A stretch of 64,000 nucleotides of DNA from Balanoglossus misakiensis (lineage: Eukaryota > Animalia > Hemichordata): the NCBI GenBank assembly GCA_040954595.2, contig CM082596.2:9196461-9260460 (forward strand), written 5' to 3'. Numbering within the stretch: the first letter of the stretch is position 1; each line of letters begins with the position of its first letter. The notes under the pieces are model-generated. The model saw only the letters and a list, made by a program, of their open reading frames with translations. It ran no database searches and was not told the origin of the DNA. Shown in pieces: positions 63,262-64,000 of the stretch. The position numbers were made by a program, and so were the translations under genes.

Positions 63262-64000
63262 TGTTGCGGTATTTTAGATGAACAAGGTTCCTTAAATGAT
63301 GTCTGACACGGACGACCAACGTAAAGTGCAAAAGGCACGTTTATTGCAGAAATAGCCGGTGTTAACTACTGAACCGCTAGAACCCAACTGATGAGAAAAT
63401 TTCCAAAGTTGCAAAGGAACATGAGGCGGACGTAATAACAAGCACAAATTGCTACATTGAGAGGGTGAACTCGAAGTGTGATTGGGCGTAGTAATGAAAG
63501 TGCCTGATTGGCCCAAAGTGATCTCTATCAGGATCCGCATAGTGATGCAAGGTTTTGGGTATACTATAGAATGTTCAAATAACAGTTATTTGTTCTCCGA
63601 CATTCTCCCGCCGCCGAAAAAAGTCATCAGAAAGTCTAAATCTAAAAGAACAGAAAATCGCAAAGGCTCAATCGATGTTGAGTAAACTCTGATGCAATGA
63701 AAGTTTGACTAGTCAATAAAGTGTCAAGTTGTGTTGAATGTCTAAACAGAGTCAGAAATTCTGATCCTCGCTGCAATGGCCGCATCTCTGGTCGATCTCC
63801 TAGGGATGGGCGCGGGCGGATCATTGGATTCCTCTGTGGTGGCATTCCGAGTGATGTCCTCGTTTCCATGGGGATCGGAGTCCGTAGACGACGTAGATGA
63901 CGACAGTTCCTGCGAAGCCACCTCCAGCGGGTACAATTTGTGTATGGGGCGGTTAGTGTGTCCTCTGGCAGTGGAGACTTCCGCTGACCGCACAAGTTTA
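63262..64000 (-). mobile_element. BEL/Pao retrotransposon copy 3: 3' LTR (63262-63602), PPT and end of pol; continues beyond the window
   Basis: Reverse complement of ~17515-18256 with few differences; ORF 63742-63993 (RSAEVSTARGHTNRPIHKLYPLE). Confidence 0.95.

Overview
AT-rich, intron-containing animal genomic DNA; the repeat and gene content suggests a marine invertebrate deuterostome such as a hemichordate, echinoderm or amphioxus (inference). Left to right: (1) the first coding exon of a GABA-B-receptor-like class C GPCR (minus strand). (2) An 8-exon minus-strand gene for a predicted type II membrane protein with three ~140-150 aa Cys-containing one-exon domains plus a WSC-like domain. 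It is present in three copies, from a ~15 kb segmental duplication plus an apparently identical 7,760-bp tandem duplication, and all three copies are damaged in the same in-frame-skippable exon. (3) Three pieces of one BEL/Pao LTR-retrotransposon family, one of them split by a Mutator-like element that carries a TTAA-flanked MITE. (4) Several MITEs, Helentron-type repeats, an L2 LINE tail and microsatellites. (5) A multi-exon MAM-repeat gene. The most unusual structure is a 5.5-kb insert (33258-38789; its left 1.5 kb is re-duplicated at 25498) that is absent from the paralogous site. It starts with AGTAGT, as many Polinton/Maverick termini do. It carries an intact ANKRD9-like ankyrin-SOCS-box gene and an intact six-exon C2H2 zinc-finger gene, and both are followed at their stop codons by the same ~300-bp 3'UTR/polyadenylation cassette. 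All calls were made by eye; no database searches were run.
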